A DNA stretch of 64,000 nucleotides, taken from Catajapyx aquilonaris (lineage: Eukaryota). Shown in pieces: positions 50,201-62,420 of this stretch. A model generated the notes under the pieces. That model was not told the origin of the DNA and searched no databases. It worked only from the letters and a program-made list of their open reading frames with translations. Each line of letters begins with the position of its first letter. Within the stretch, counting starts at the first letter, position 1. A program made the translations under genes and the position numbers. The DNA is taken from the NCBI GenBank assembly GCA_000934665.2, contig JYFJ02000031.1, forward strand, positions 124,001-188,000. The letters are read 5' to 3'.

Positions 50201-53200
50201 ACACACAGGCCCCTCTAAGACAATCCAAGCAGAAACCATAGTTTGAATGTAATTTAATCCCGTCCAAAAATTAGGAGAAAATATCTGCATTAAAATGACT
50301 ATGCGTATTTCAAAATAAATAATCCTCCTGGGGCACTCAGTGAACCTCTAAGCCCAGTGGAACCTGGATAAGTCCAGTTACTTTAAAAGGATAGATCGAG
50401 ATAGATCATGACAGGTGGATAGTAGAAAAACATCAACTTGCCGCCATTAATACATTTTCAACAAAACCCTTCAAATTCACTGTCATGCTGCATGCATATC
50501 CATTTATACATTAAACTTAAACAATCATATTTTGTCTATTCTGTGTGTTTTGTGTCAGTAGCCTCATTACAGTGCATGACCTGTATGGAGCTCAAATCAG
50601 TGGTTCTCAAATTGCATACTGCAGTTCATAATGGGATGCGAACAGATAAGCAGGCAATTATTGGAGGTGAATGACAATTTGCCTGGCCGCAGGATCATCT
50701 GCTCCTCCTTAAGGTTAAAAACATTGTCCTATATCGTACCTGGCAAAAGATGTGCATGGCTTTGGTGTCAATTACGTGGGCCACTCCCTACCTTAACTGA
50801 TTACATAGGCCATAGGGCAACTGCAGGCTGCTCATAAAATTAAGTTTAAACTAATTGCATTCATTATTAAAATGAAGTATTTGTTGCGCTGCTACAAGTA
50901 AATGATAAAAAACTTGTTGACCCTTGATACTGTTTGGTAATCGTCAAACAAGAGCAAGAATCAACAAACTATATTTCACTTACTATTAGTCCAGCAACTG
51001 GGCATCAGTGATGTTCAGTTAGGCTCTTACAGGAAATATTTAACTAAATGAAGGACTCTATCAGGCCATTTATTTTTATCATAGACAACTACAGTAACAT
51101 GATGTGTGAAGGAAAGCCTAGTCCACCGTGTGTTATATCATGTCTTCCCAAGGTTGGCAGAAGGCACGATATACACTGTGCGCAATTCCTATATAGTCGT
51201 GAATCAACCAAATCAAGTTTCCATCGCAGCAGACATTGACTTTCAAGATATTATTGTTTTGTTTGTAGCATATAAGTAGGAGCAAAAATAGCATGGGGGA
51301 ATGTTTATCAGCAGCATATCTTCATCTCACTCTGGGAACCAACAAACTGACAAGTGATAATTAAATTACACTAGTTATGTAAGAAATTGTGCTTTCAATA
51401 ATGTTTCAGCCTCAATTGAATTACTACATCTGATAAGCTTCACTGTGAATTACAATGCCTGATAAACACTTGAGTTCACACATCTTGAAATTAATGCAAT
51501 GATAATTATTCTTCTCTCCAAGATTAAAGGCACAATTTGCATGCAACATGTTTGATAAAAATTTGCATGTTTCTTCCAAGTCCAAACATTTCAGTACATG
51601 AAATTCAATGCTATTTCCTAAGACAGATGTTGTGTGGTACGGCAGAGACACCTAAGTGCCAAGACAGTTTTCGAACCTTTGGTGTTTCTGCCGTACCACG
51701 CGACAGTTCCTTCCAAGGCATAATATTTCTGAATACTATATTGAATGTTATTTCCTAAGAATAAACGAGGTACAAAGATGCGCCAAACTGATGCAAGTCT
51801 GAAATTTTTATACATTCAAATCAAGGCGTACCTCAGCGGTTCTTAACCTAGGTGCCTGCTCGCACCCCCTGGGGGTGCGAGCAAGGTGCACCTCTGCCCT
51901 TAGTCTAACTAATAACTTAATCAATCACCCCTGGTATAGGGGGTGCGACAAGGACCAACTATCTTCAAAGGGGTGTGGAGGCTCGAAAAGGTTAAGAACC
52001 CCTGGCATACCTGAACCAAACACTGTCAGTTCCTTTGTTTGGTCCATAACTTAATAAATAACCCTACAGGCTATCTGCACAAAGGCAAATTGATCATGAG
52101 AGCTATTTCTTCTCTCTAGATTGAGCCAATCACAACCCATTACCTGACCAGTAGCCATGACAATCTCAGCCAAACACAGTCAGTGCTAGCACCACATTTA
52201 AGGAAAAGTCTGACTTCCTATCTTGATCTAGGCTTTTTATCCCAGCAATTTGCCATCTCTGCTTATATACACAATTGATGTATCACTGGCCAGTTGGGCA
52301 CCAAGATCTATTCACTGTTACTTCAAGACTCGGAAAGCAATGGTATCACCTGAGCCTGTACAGAATTGGACAACAATGGCACACTTGAAGCTTCAGCAAT
52401 ATTCGCTGCTACTTGCTGCACGTGCTCAATACTTTTCGACTTTAATCGGAAGCTTTTCTCCTACCATTCGACATGAACAACACATTGAAAAGCATTGGAG
52501 CATATCATGATTCATTAAGTTTTTGGGAATAAAACAACAGTAAAACTGCGTGTACATGCAAGCGATTTATCAGGATGTTGCAGCATGGTACATTGCTGAG
52601 CAAAAGTAGCAATGGTGGTAACAATATTGGTCTCATCGCTGCATCATCACTGATAAATCGCTCGCATGTAAACACGCTTTAAGCCCTGCTATACCAGTTT
52701 GGATGTATGAAACACACCTAACTTCATGGTAAGCAAGAAACGATCCTTCATGTGTCATAATTATAAACCACCAAGCTCAGTCTCATGAATTACATCACTA
52801 ATGAGCAGGTATTCCCCACTTGGCAATCCTGGTGCACTTGTGAGGCAACACCATCCCAGTTTTTTCCCTTGCCCAGCAACCTCATCACGCAGATAAACCC
52901 ATGGCCACGCACTATCTATCGGCAGCGGCACATCCTCACGTGCCATGTGCCACAGCCTACCTTGTCAGCACAGCCTGCGACACATCTACCCACTCCATTA
53001 CACTCGGCCCATTTCAACGCCAGGTATCCTCCGCATGACCCAGGTAGCTCCTGCATGCACGCCGTGCCTTCTCTAACGTCATTTGCAGCACCAGCCGTGT
53101 GGGAACGCACACATTGGGCAACCCCCACTGGTTACCTAACTTTCACATTCACACACTTCAATAACACATCCACCTTGCATAACCTGAACAGTGTAAACAA

Positions 53201-55277
53201 ACCATTAAGGGTCCCCCCCATCCCCTTACATGTCTCCATACAGGCTATCCATGGACTAGGCCTAGGCCCCCCTTGTGTGTTCCAAAAACTTGTATTATTT
53301 TGCTCTGTGGTGCTTCAGCCTCCCCGTTTTTTTTTCCCTCACAGTGTCCACCCTCACTCTCTCTCTCTCTTCCCCTCGCCTCCTTCTCTACTACACACAG
53401 AGAGTCCCCCTCACAACTCCCCCAACCCAAACCAAACAGTCCAATCAGAGTAAAGCACACTCACAACTTGATGCCGTGATTGTCTGGCACGACTGGGGGC
53501 GCGTCCTGCGTCTCCATCGCCGCCCCGAGGAGCGTGGCGGTCTCCCTAAAAAGAGTAGCAACCTGCATCACCACGGGGTCTTTCTGGAACTAGGGGCGGC
53601 CCCTCGGCCCTCCTCCTGGCCACGGCAGCAGCACGACGACACGTGCTTCCTTCCTCCTCCCTCCCTGGTTATTGCTGCCACCGACCGCTCCCACCCCTCC
53701 ATCCGGACCCCATTCGAACAACACCCCAGTCGGCAACACCAGGGGCGGAACACGGTCCTCCAGCGGTAGGCAACCCCTCGCTACTCTCAGCACTGGCACC
53801 TAATGGCCGGCCATTTAAATATGGCTAACCAAACGAGCATCAAGACTCCCCCTGGATGAAGTATAAAAAAATATTCGGAGGGAGGGGGGGCAGGGGAGAG
53901 GGGAGGGCTAGTGGGGAGAGAGAGAAAAAAAAGGAGGGAAGAGGCAGACGGGTTGTGATTGGCTGCTGGGGTGGCAGGAGGGGGGGTGCGGAGGGAGAGG
54001 GGGGAGGGGGGCTAAAAATCAATAGCATGCAAAGGGGGGAGGGGGAATTTTTACATGGAGGGGGTTGTGTACCCAGAAGGGACGCCATTTTGGGTCTAAA
54101 CGTTGGGGGACATTTTGGCGGTGGTGCCAGACGGACTGTTCCCGAAGCAGCTTTTTTAAAGAGCTGTGACTGCTACTCCGCGAATAATACAGCGGGAAGA
54201 AGCTGTAACAGCGAAAGGGGCTCCCGGCTCCCCCACGACCTATCAGATCGAAGATCGAGTGAAGTTCAAATTCGTTTTTACCTAAAGCAGCGCAAAATCG
54301 AGCTATGACAGCCCCTCCGCTACAGCTATAGGAGGGGGCTGTCGCAGCGGTCGGGAAAAGCTGTGACAGCGCCTGTATTGTATAGCAATCCGGCATTCTA
54401 CAGCGAAAGGGGAGGGGCTCCCGGCCCCTGCCCACCAATCAGATCACGTCGAGGTCACGTGAAGGCCTGTTCTTAAAGCAGTTTTTTTTTGCGCAAAATT
54501 CGATCTGTGCAGCTATAACTGCCGTTCCCAAAGTAAATAATTATTGTTTACATTCAGGATGCAGCTGTGAAACATTGGTGACACGGATAGAACAAACGTT
54601 CGGCGGGGGACGGGGAAAAGTCGAATTTGAACCTATCATGGCAGATCGATCTGATTGGTCGAGAAGAGCCGGAAGCCCCTCCCCCTTCCCTGTAGAACGC
54701 TACTAGTACATCACGCCGTCACAGCTTTTGCCAGCTGTAGCATTCCCGACAGCCCTCTCCCAGATGTCGCGGGGAAGCTATAACAGCGCGATATTGCGTT
54801 AAAAAATGCTGCTTTGATAACGCAACAAGCGGCAACATACCTTCCGGCATTCTACATCGAAAAGGGAGGGCCTTCCGGCTCTTTCCGACCAATCAGAAAG
54901 TGGTCACGTGATCAGTTCAAATTCGACTTTCCCGCCTCCGCCGAACTTGCTTCTATCCGAGTCACCATAGTTTCCATGCTTATGGAGCTGTCACAGCTGA
55001 TTACAAACCGACAATTGACAACTTTGGGAACGACATCACTTGACTGAGCTGCTGCCACAGAGCGATTTTAGCTGCTTTGGGAGATCTACCAGGTGGGTTT
55101 GGCAACAGTGCGCTGATGGGAGCCAACATGGGGTGTTGCGCATGCGTGGTGGACAAGAGAAGGGGGGGATGACAGAGGGGGGGTTGGATTTTGACGGTGG
55201 GACAAGGGGACAGCGTGACGGGAAGCTCACCTCATGAGACCGTGCCCCCAGTACGGGGTGTCCATGAAGGCAGCCAT
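41275..55277 (-). CDS. TDG: G/T mismatch-specific thymine DNA glycosylase (Thd1-like) with AT-hooks and a long low-complexity tail; alternative first exons 55277-55231 or 53517-53465
   Basis: Exons ~49558-49298, 49080-48893, 48830-48780, 48570-48422, 48339-48197, 45083-44038, 43732-43317, 41969-41275: [115 protein letters not shown] occurs twice. Confidence 0.95.
47535..47642. repeat. Palindromic MITE-like element in a TDG intron
   Basis: AGGGTGGAATTTTTGTCCCACTGCTA..TAACTTAGCAGTACC..GGTACTGCTAAGTTA..TAGCAGTGGGAGAAAAATTCCACCCT. Confidence 0.75.
47800..48136. repeat. ~75-bp inverted repeat pair with a ~190-bp spacer
   Basis: GTCTGATTTATTTTACTCCCAACACATGTCACCAAGCCCC.. (47800-47872) versus ..GGGGCTTGGTGACATGTGTTGGGATTAAAATAAATCAGAC (48063-48136). 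Confidence 0.8.
51834..52004. mobile_element. hAT-type MITE with an 8-bp target duplication
   Basis: GCGTACCT|CAGCGGTTCTTAACCT ... AGGTTAAGAACCCCTG|GCATACCT (target duplication matches at 7/8). Confidence 0.85.
52546..52678. mobile_element. Palindromic MITE, TTTACATG family copy
   Basis: TACATGCAAGCGATTTATCAG ... CTGATAAATCGCTCGCATGTA. Confidence 0.7.
53780..54060 (-). promoter_or_regulatory. Candidate proximal TDG promoter
   Basis: On the minus strand: CCAAT (~53960), pyrimidine-rich tract, TATTTAAA (~53815-53822) and CCAGT Inr-like (~53794), upstream of a CpG-rich exon with a GTGAGT donor at 53464. Confidence 0.6.
54150..55010. repeat. Four diverged copies of a CCAAT-containing module (three direct, one inverted)
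   Basis: Module ..CAGCGAAAGGGG(A)GGGCTYCCGGC..ACCAATCAGA..GTTCAAATTCG at ~54200-54280, 54385-54465 and 54840-54975, inverted at ~54565-54730. Confidence 0.7.
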
Positions 55278-55279
55278 GG

Positions 55280-55640
55280 GGGCCGCCCGCCCCCTGGTCT
55301 GAAACCACGGACGGAATTTAAATAGCCAGGGTGCTGGGGGGGACGGATACCGAGGCCTCGCTTCGAAACCAGAAAACGCCCGCCCTTGCCAGCCCCCCCT
55401 TTTCCCCCCCCCTTCCGACACGAGCTCCGCGAGATTGATTCCCTAATCAGCTGGAAGCTGGCTAGGCTTCCACGGCCCCCATTGGTGGGTGGGGCTTTTA
55501 GGAGGGAGGGGAATGCAAGGGGGGAGGGAGGGGGGGGGGGATCAGAGAGAGGGGAAGGTGAGGATCTGGGGGGGAGGCAAAGAGGGGGGAGGTGGACGCC
55601 CGGTCCCCCCCATACCCTCACCTCCCCCTCATTGCAATGC
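55280..55640 (-). promoter_or_regulatory. Candidate distal TDG promoter
   Basis: On the minus strand: C-rich tracts, CCAAT (~55483), TATTTAAA (~55317-55324) and TTTCAGA Inr-like (~55300), then a short coding exon with an AG|GTGAGC donor at 55230. Confidence 0.55.
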
Positions 55641-55862
55641 CCACTCATACGCCACCTGTACTACAAAACCAAAAGTAAAACCGTATCCCACAATACAGTA
55701 CTTTAAAATTACTGACAACAATAATGAAAAGTGGCAACACAGCTCTTTTGTACACGACTGTACCAAGATCGCAGTGTTGCGAAATTTCCTCACAGCGCTG
55801 AACAAACTTTCATCAATTTAATATCATGTAACGTCTCACTTTTGTACAATTTTGGAATAATG

Positions 55863-57191
55863 TCAGTAGAGGTCTAATGGTGGAGGGGAGGGTTCGGCGC
55901 TGATGCGTTGGAGCTCACGGAGGCCCTCAAGGACCAGCTTGATGTTGGCTTTCACTTTGGCGGAATCGGACGTTAGGCGGTCCAGCTTGGTCTTGAGGTC
56001 TGGCACTTTGCGGTCGATGAAGCGGAGGGCTTCGTCGTAGGTCAGCTCCACGTAGAAGCCGTAGCCGACACAAACGCATATTTTGGATGGGTCGGGCCTG
56101 GCAGTAGAAAAGAGTTCAATCAGTTTCAATGCACCAATACACTGCACTGTGTCATCATAAGTAATTATTCTGAACAGTTGGCTGAACTTTGTTATTAATT
56201 ACTGACGAGGAACAGCCTTTTGTTCTGGGTATACCATCGATCATTCAGCCTAAGACATGCATGAAGCTGTGTAGCCACAGTTTGGCTAACAAGTTGAATT
56301 ATGTGAACCTGATAGTTAGAGGTGACCACTTACACTTTGGCCTGTACATAGAAATTGCAACCAATGTCGACTTTTGTACTCATTGGTTTGCTTGCAAGAT
56401 CTGCCTCTTTCATCACTCGTATGCTTCGCTCCAGCTCGGTATACTCTGCAATTTCAGTAATCACCTTGTCACGCTCCTCGACCACTTTGCTGTAATTATC
56501 AGGAATATATTAGTACCAAACCCGTAACCACACTTTACTTATTTTACCACTCTTGATTTTACTTATTCCTACCAACAACTGTCAATAAAGCATTGCAACA
56601 AATGGCATGCACAAAAATGAAGCACTAGCCTGTCAAACTAGCCGAAGTGGAAGTTTTTATTATTATTATTATTTTATTTTACTGTACCCCATTATCGGGC
56701 CCTGGGCCCTTGTTAGGGGAGTGGGATACCACCATGTTTGGAATCGTACATAATGTGTATGTTTTAATTGTTCCAAGGGTAAGTAGGAGGGGATGTGCGA
56801 AGTGCAAGTGCAATGTCGTATATTGGTCATTTTGTGAACTCCCCTGGGTGGATTAATCTAGCGGAAATTTCCACAAAGTGGCAGTTACATCAACACAATT
56901 CATGGAAATGTCTCTTGACAATATGTTGTGAAACCTGTACATAACCAGGCAATGCCCATCGTGTTCATACACATGGCACGTACATGTTATGTCAAGAACT
57001 AGCTATCATAATTATTCTCAAGTAATTTAACTAATGCAAGTGTAATTATTTCAGTACAATGGCAGGAGAAAGCCAAATATTAGCAGACTAGAATCAAATG
57101 TGTCAAAGTTCAACCTGAGGTCAGATCTGAGGACATCGTTAAGAAACGCCTCGTAGCTCAGAATCTTCTGGCGTCTCCTCTCCTGGTCCAT
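55863..57191 (-). CDS. UXT: Prefoldin-like protein UXT
   Basis: 3 exons (~57191-57115, 56490-56332, 56097-55863): [87 protein letters not shown]. Confidence 0.95.
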
Positions 57192-58122
57192 GACTCCTCG
57201 CAGGTTTTAGGGAGTGTCTCTCGCTCAAGTTACGGGTCCTGCAAGATGAAAATAATTAGTCAAAAGTGGACCAAACCTGGCCAAAAAAGATGAACAAACC
57301 ATGTGCCGCCATTGATGGTGGTTGATGAGACGGTCTCTAGATGGCGACAAATCAGTACGAACTGCGTGCACCAGGTGGCAGCAGCTTACAAGCACTACAT
57401 TTACGACTGTATTGAGAGATAATACTGTATTTCCTGTATTGTATTTATTCGCTATAATTATCATTCCCATGTAAGAGATCAAATTCAGGCCCCCAGTAAC
57501 ACACGAATGTTCAGTGAACATCAAGAGAATTTTCAGTAGCATTACTGACCATTTGTGGGTGCGGAGTTATTATCTGGCATTGGACTTGCATAACACTACT
57601 GCGTAGCATGACAAATTTAGTTAATGATAATCAGTAGTGTATGGTTACTATGTAAGTTAAAATTTAGAAACCAATTTCAAATGTTAAGAAGTAGGTCAAA
57701 TGGCGATACACAGGTTATGGCGTTCACTGAACATTTTTTGTTACATAAAAAAACTGCCTTTTTTTCAGTCGTACCCTTCCCTCATTGTCAGATCAAGTTG
57801 ATTAATTGAAACGAAAGTTCTCATAATAGCAAAACTTCAGGTTATACTGTGGGTCCTCCTCATTCAAAGAAGGCGATGAAACCGAAGATTTATGGTGCCT
57901 TCACAGTGCAAAAGGAGAAAGCAATAGCTGTAGACGGGCTTCACCGTGTACCCTGCTGGACGTACGTGACTGAAGAAGGAATATGCATAACAATTTTGAT
58001 AAGGATAATGATAGTTTAGTCACTGACAGTGTGTGCAGCGTATTGTCCATATGATTAAATGTGTAGTTATTTACAAATTAAATCCACATATAGTCACTGC
58101 TGGCAGGGCAGGCTTCACACTT

Positions 58123-61100
58123 TCAGTCTGATGAATCTGAGCTGCTGCTGCTGCTAGAGGAGGACTTCTTGTGTTTCTTCTTCTTGGTCTTATGCTTGTG
58201 ACTGTGATGTTTTTTCTTATGCTTCTTGCTACTGCTTTTCGATTTCTTCTTGTGCTTATGGGAGTGATGGTGATGCCTCTTTTTATTGTCCAATTCAGTT
58301 GCACCTGTTTTGTCAACTGAAACTGTAGGAAGAGGAAGTTGTGGTGGGAGGGCTGGACCATAAGCCTCAGTTTCCTTCTCAGGAGTGTGCACTGGCTCAT
58401 TCAAGCTGTCAAAATCCAGGTTGGCAAATATGCCAGTAGCAATCTTCGCAGGTGGTTCATGTTCAACATTGCGGCTGGCAGCACGCTTAGGACCAAATGT
58501 GACTGCTGACGAGGAGGAGGAGGAGGCAGAAGTGGGGCGATCTGGACGGCTGAATACAGGCTTGGAGAAAGGCAATGATTCAGGTTTGGGGACAGGAAAA
58601 GATGCAGGTTTGGGGATGGACACAGGCTCAGGCTTGGTGACAGGTAAAGTTTCAGGCTTTGTGCCAGGCAAAGGTTCAGCCCTAGTTTCAGGGACAGCTG
58701 GAATTCTGGTTGCAGGCTTGGGAGCTGGATCCTGCTCAGGCTCAGAGTCACTCTCTGCAAAGATGGACCGGAAGAGATCCATGGGTGGTCGTGGTCGTTC
58801 CTCTTCCTGTTATACGAAAAGAAGAACCTTCACTAATTTGATTAAAATCTAATAAAGCTAATTAAACCTTCAAATATTGAAAATGAATTTTTCACACTGT
58901 ATTATCAGATCTCCGGTGTCATAAAGGTGCTTTTACATGTGAGCAATTTGACGAGCGAAGTAACCAATATTGTTTGAGGTGAAAGTAACAATTTTCGCCT
59001 CAAACAATACTGGCTGCTTGGGTTACTCAGCAATGTTACCACTCATCAAATCGCCCACTTGTAAACGCACCTTAATACACGTGTAGCAGTAGCACTTATC
59101 TTCCCAAATAGCCATCATGCACGTATTAAAAAATTTGTATTAATAATGACATGCAAATCATATTACTTACCTCCTCCTCAGGTTTCTTTCTCCAACTAGG
59201 TGGAACATGTGAGGACTTTGGAATTTCTGTAGAAACATCTGTATTCATAGGTTTTGGTGTTTCCGTAGGTTTTGGTGTTTCCGTAGGTTTTGATGTTTCC
59301 ATAGGTTCTGGTATTTCCATGACACTTTCACTAGAAGGTGCCTCCTGAGACTTTTCATCACCCTGTGTCAATGCCAAAAGGCCTGGAGTTGAATCAGCTT
59401 CATTTGGCTCCTTTTCCTTTGGCTCATCTTTCCACAGAAGGAAATTGAAAAGAGACAGCTTGTCCTTTTTCACTGTTGGTACTCCAACAGTCGAGGAACT
59501 GCAAAAAATTTGGGGGTCAGAATATTCTTCCCACTAATTCTAAATTAGTCTTCATACTCTGGGAATGGATCTGGGATGTTGAAGCGACGACATAAGAGAC
59601 GATCTGGATGCCATTCAACAACCATGCGGGTGGACTTGCCATATATCTTGGTCGAGGTAGCAGGTTTTTCTGTACTCTTCTGTGGCACAACATCAGCTTC
59701 ATGAAGAGGAACATCCACCAAGTCATCAGAATGGTGGGCCGAAACAAATCGAGAAGCCATTCCCCCAGAGAGGGGCTTGAAAAGCTGCGATGCCCTGCGA
59801 AATTCAAATAACTCCTTTTCCCTCTCCCATTCGGTGCAGGATGACTTGTACAATTCAGACACCTCATCTGTAAATGAACTCCATTAGACCTTCTCTTAAG
59901 AACTTAACAAGCTTATCATACCTTGTCTTCCCTCCTTGGTCAACTTCAGGTACTTCTCATATCTCTCCTGCTTTGCTGTGTCCTTCATAAAGGGTTTAAA
60001 AGATTGTTGCTCAAATTTCTGAGCCATATGTTCAGCGGTAGGAACTCCCGCAGCAACAAACTTCAGCTTCCTCTCTGCATTCTCCTTGGATGCTTTTGTT
60101 TCAACTGCTGTACGCACCACACTTTCAGGCTGTTTCACTTCTTTGGCATTAGGCGTTGCAGAAAGTTTTGCTTCAACCTTCGGTGCTGGTTCAGGCTGTT
60201 TCACTCCTTCCACTTTGGCTTTAGGTGTTTCAGAAGCTTTTGCTTCAACCTTTGGTGCTGATTCAGGCATTTGAGTTTCAAATATTCTATTTATTACAGC
60301 TCGTTTTGCTTCTGCAGTTGGAGCATCAGCCATTATAGCCTTTCTGTCATTTGCGTTGAGATCATGTCGACCCAATCCTCTAGGTCTTTCTACTGCCTGC
60401 GATGATTCTGGTAGGGGCTCAAAGCGTGACTTGCGAATCCTATGCACTGGTTTCCAGTTATCTGGCAGCTTAGGAGGTGGGTACATTTTTGGCGGCATGC
60501 AAATTCCCATTTTTACGAATCCCTCTAGAACTTTGTCCACACCCTCATCAGGTTTCTTGATCGCCTTCTTTGGCAACTTCTTTGGTGCTTTTTTCTTTTC
60601 AGATTCAAGTTCAAAGTCATACTGGCTCATATCTTCTCGAGTGTATATCTCTTCATCTTCATCTTCAAATGCACCAACTCCAAATGCCTGCAGATATTGC
60701 ATGCAATAACATTAAAATATCTCACATATTTGCAAAAACTTTGAGGCTTTGCTACCAACTTTTGAAGACTTTTGGGACTTATATGCATTACTTCTAATCT
60801 AGTATAGCCTTATTCTGATTATTATGATGATTACCATGATGATCATTTACCTGCCCAGCAATATTGAGCTTCCTGTTCTTCTCTACAATCTTCAGCGATG
60901 AAGGAAAAAGCTCAAACCGTGGGGTCAGGAGGGCATCTCGGTCTAGCCCCTTGTATCCAAGCCCATGGTAGTTATCTCTAGGCAAGCAAGGTGGTTGCTC
61001 TATATCTTCAGGAGCAAATGTAATGCTTGGGTCATCTTCATCCACTGATGAATCTGATTCTTCACCAGCTGATGCAGTCAAAGGTAAGGAGCAGCCATAC

Positions 61101-61831
61101 ATCTTCTTGTTGTGATCGTGACGTTTCTTCTTCTTCTCTTTCTTAGTCACTCGTGGCCCAGTTCCTTGTCCAGGTCTCCAGCCCATCTTCATCAGCAACC
61201 TGACTCCAATAGTCATCCTAGAACATCAACATGTGTTATATTCCATCTATATGTTCATACATGCAAACTTACTTGACAGGTTTGATCAGCTGTTCAAGCA
61301 CTGGCTCCAAAGCTCCCGATCTTTGCTCCGGAAAGCGTTTCCGGCTCTCCCCCATCCCACTATCAAAATCCTCCGTGGTCTGAAGCTTTCGAGGAGCAAT
61401 CCCAAACTCGCCCAAGTCCTCCTGGTCCATAAAGTCCTCTGGTTTCTGCTGCCGTCCCCCTGCATACTTGTTTCTTCTCGTGGACTTGAATGTTGCTGGC
61501 GTCCAACCCTCCTCTGAGCCCACAGTGTTGAAGTAACCAGCCGAGAAACCCCCTGTAAATGCTCCATGAAAGCGCCGTCTTCCTTGCTCATCCGTAACAA
61601 TCTGGTCTTCAACCTTCACCGGTTTCTTTCGTGTCGCTGAATCTGCAACAGAATTGGTACCGTTATTAATTCAGCTATAAACTGACATCGTCACATTCTA
61701 CGACTGAATCAACTGTTTCATTGCAGTTTTTTTTTTTTTTTTAATCAGTTTAAAACAAGTGGCTTACCTTCATCCAATTCTGGCAGAGGTGTCCCGTATG
61801 CGTGGTAATCGGTCACATCGTCGAAATTCAT
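58123..61831 (-). CDS. GPATCH1: G-patch domain-containing protein 1
   Basis: [63 protein letters not shown]-patch [61 protein letters not shown] and a K/H/S-rich tail; ~7 exons. Confidence 0.95.
58925..59072. mobile_element. Palindromic MITE, TTTACATG family copy
   Basis: AGGTGCTTTTACATGTGAGCAATTTGA ... TCAAATCGCCCACTTGTAAACGCACCT, flanked by TAA/TAA. Confidence 0.75.
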
Positions 61832-62420
61832 TTTCAGTTACTAGACCTGCACTAACTTAGTGCAAATATCAAAACATTCACGTCAAAATGAACCTCGAAC
61901 CTCGAACGACATCACATTCGACACGAATCGGCAGCCATTATTCGCAAATATCACAATTGACAGATCAATTTCCTATCTCGTTGCGATCTGAATTAGACAA
62001 AAAAAAAGATATATTCTACACATTACTTATATATTTAAGAGTACATTCAGTCATAATAAATGGTAAATAATTTAAAAAATTATTGTTACTGATTCGCCTG
62101 CATACACTGACAACAGTTATTTCTAATAGTTATAACTGCTACTCCCGAAAACGTTATCCGCTCGGGTAGTAACTGCTACTGCCGTATTGTGTACTGTACC
62201 TGGCCTCAGTTGCCTCAGCTCCACCAATCACCTAAACACATGCCATCATACAGCACTAACGACAGTATGAAGATGGCACTAAATGGTCCTTACATCTCTC
62301 ACATTAAATGACAGGGCAGGTTATGAAAATCGGCAAATAAAGTCTCTTTATTAATAACTTACACAATTTGGATGAATGATAAACACAACAGAAAATTATA
62401 CTGTGATTGGAAAAAATTGT

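Noticed and set aside
52785..54438. Several 140-220 aa ORFs around the TDG promoter
   Set aside because: Low-complexity products of GC-rich promoter and 5' UTR sequence with no domain signal.
59250..60260. Short coding tandem repeats in GPATCH1 (PTETPK; APKVEAK)
   Set aside because: Ordinary slippage in disordered linkers.
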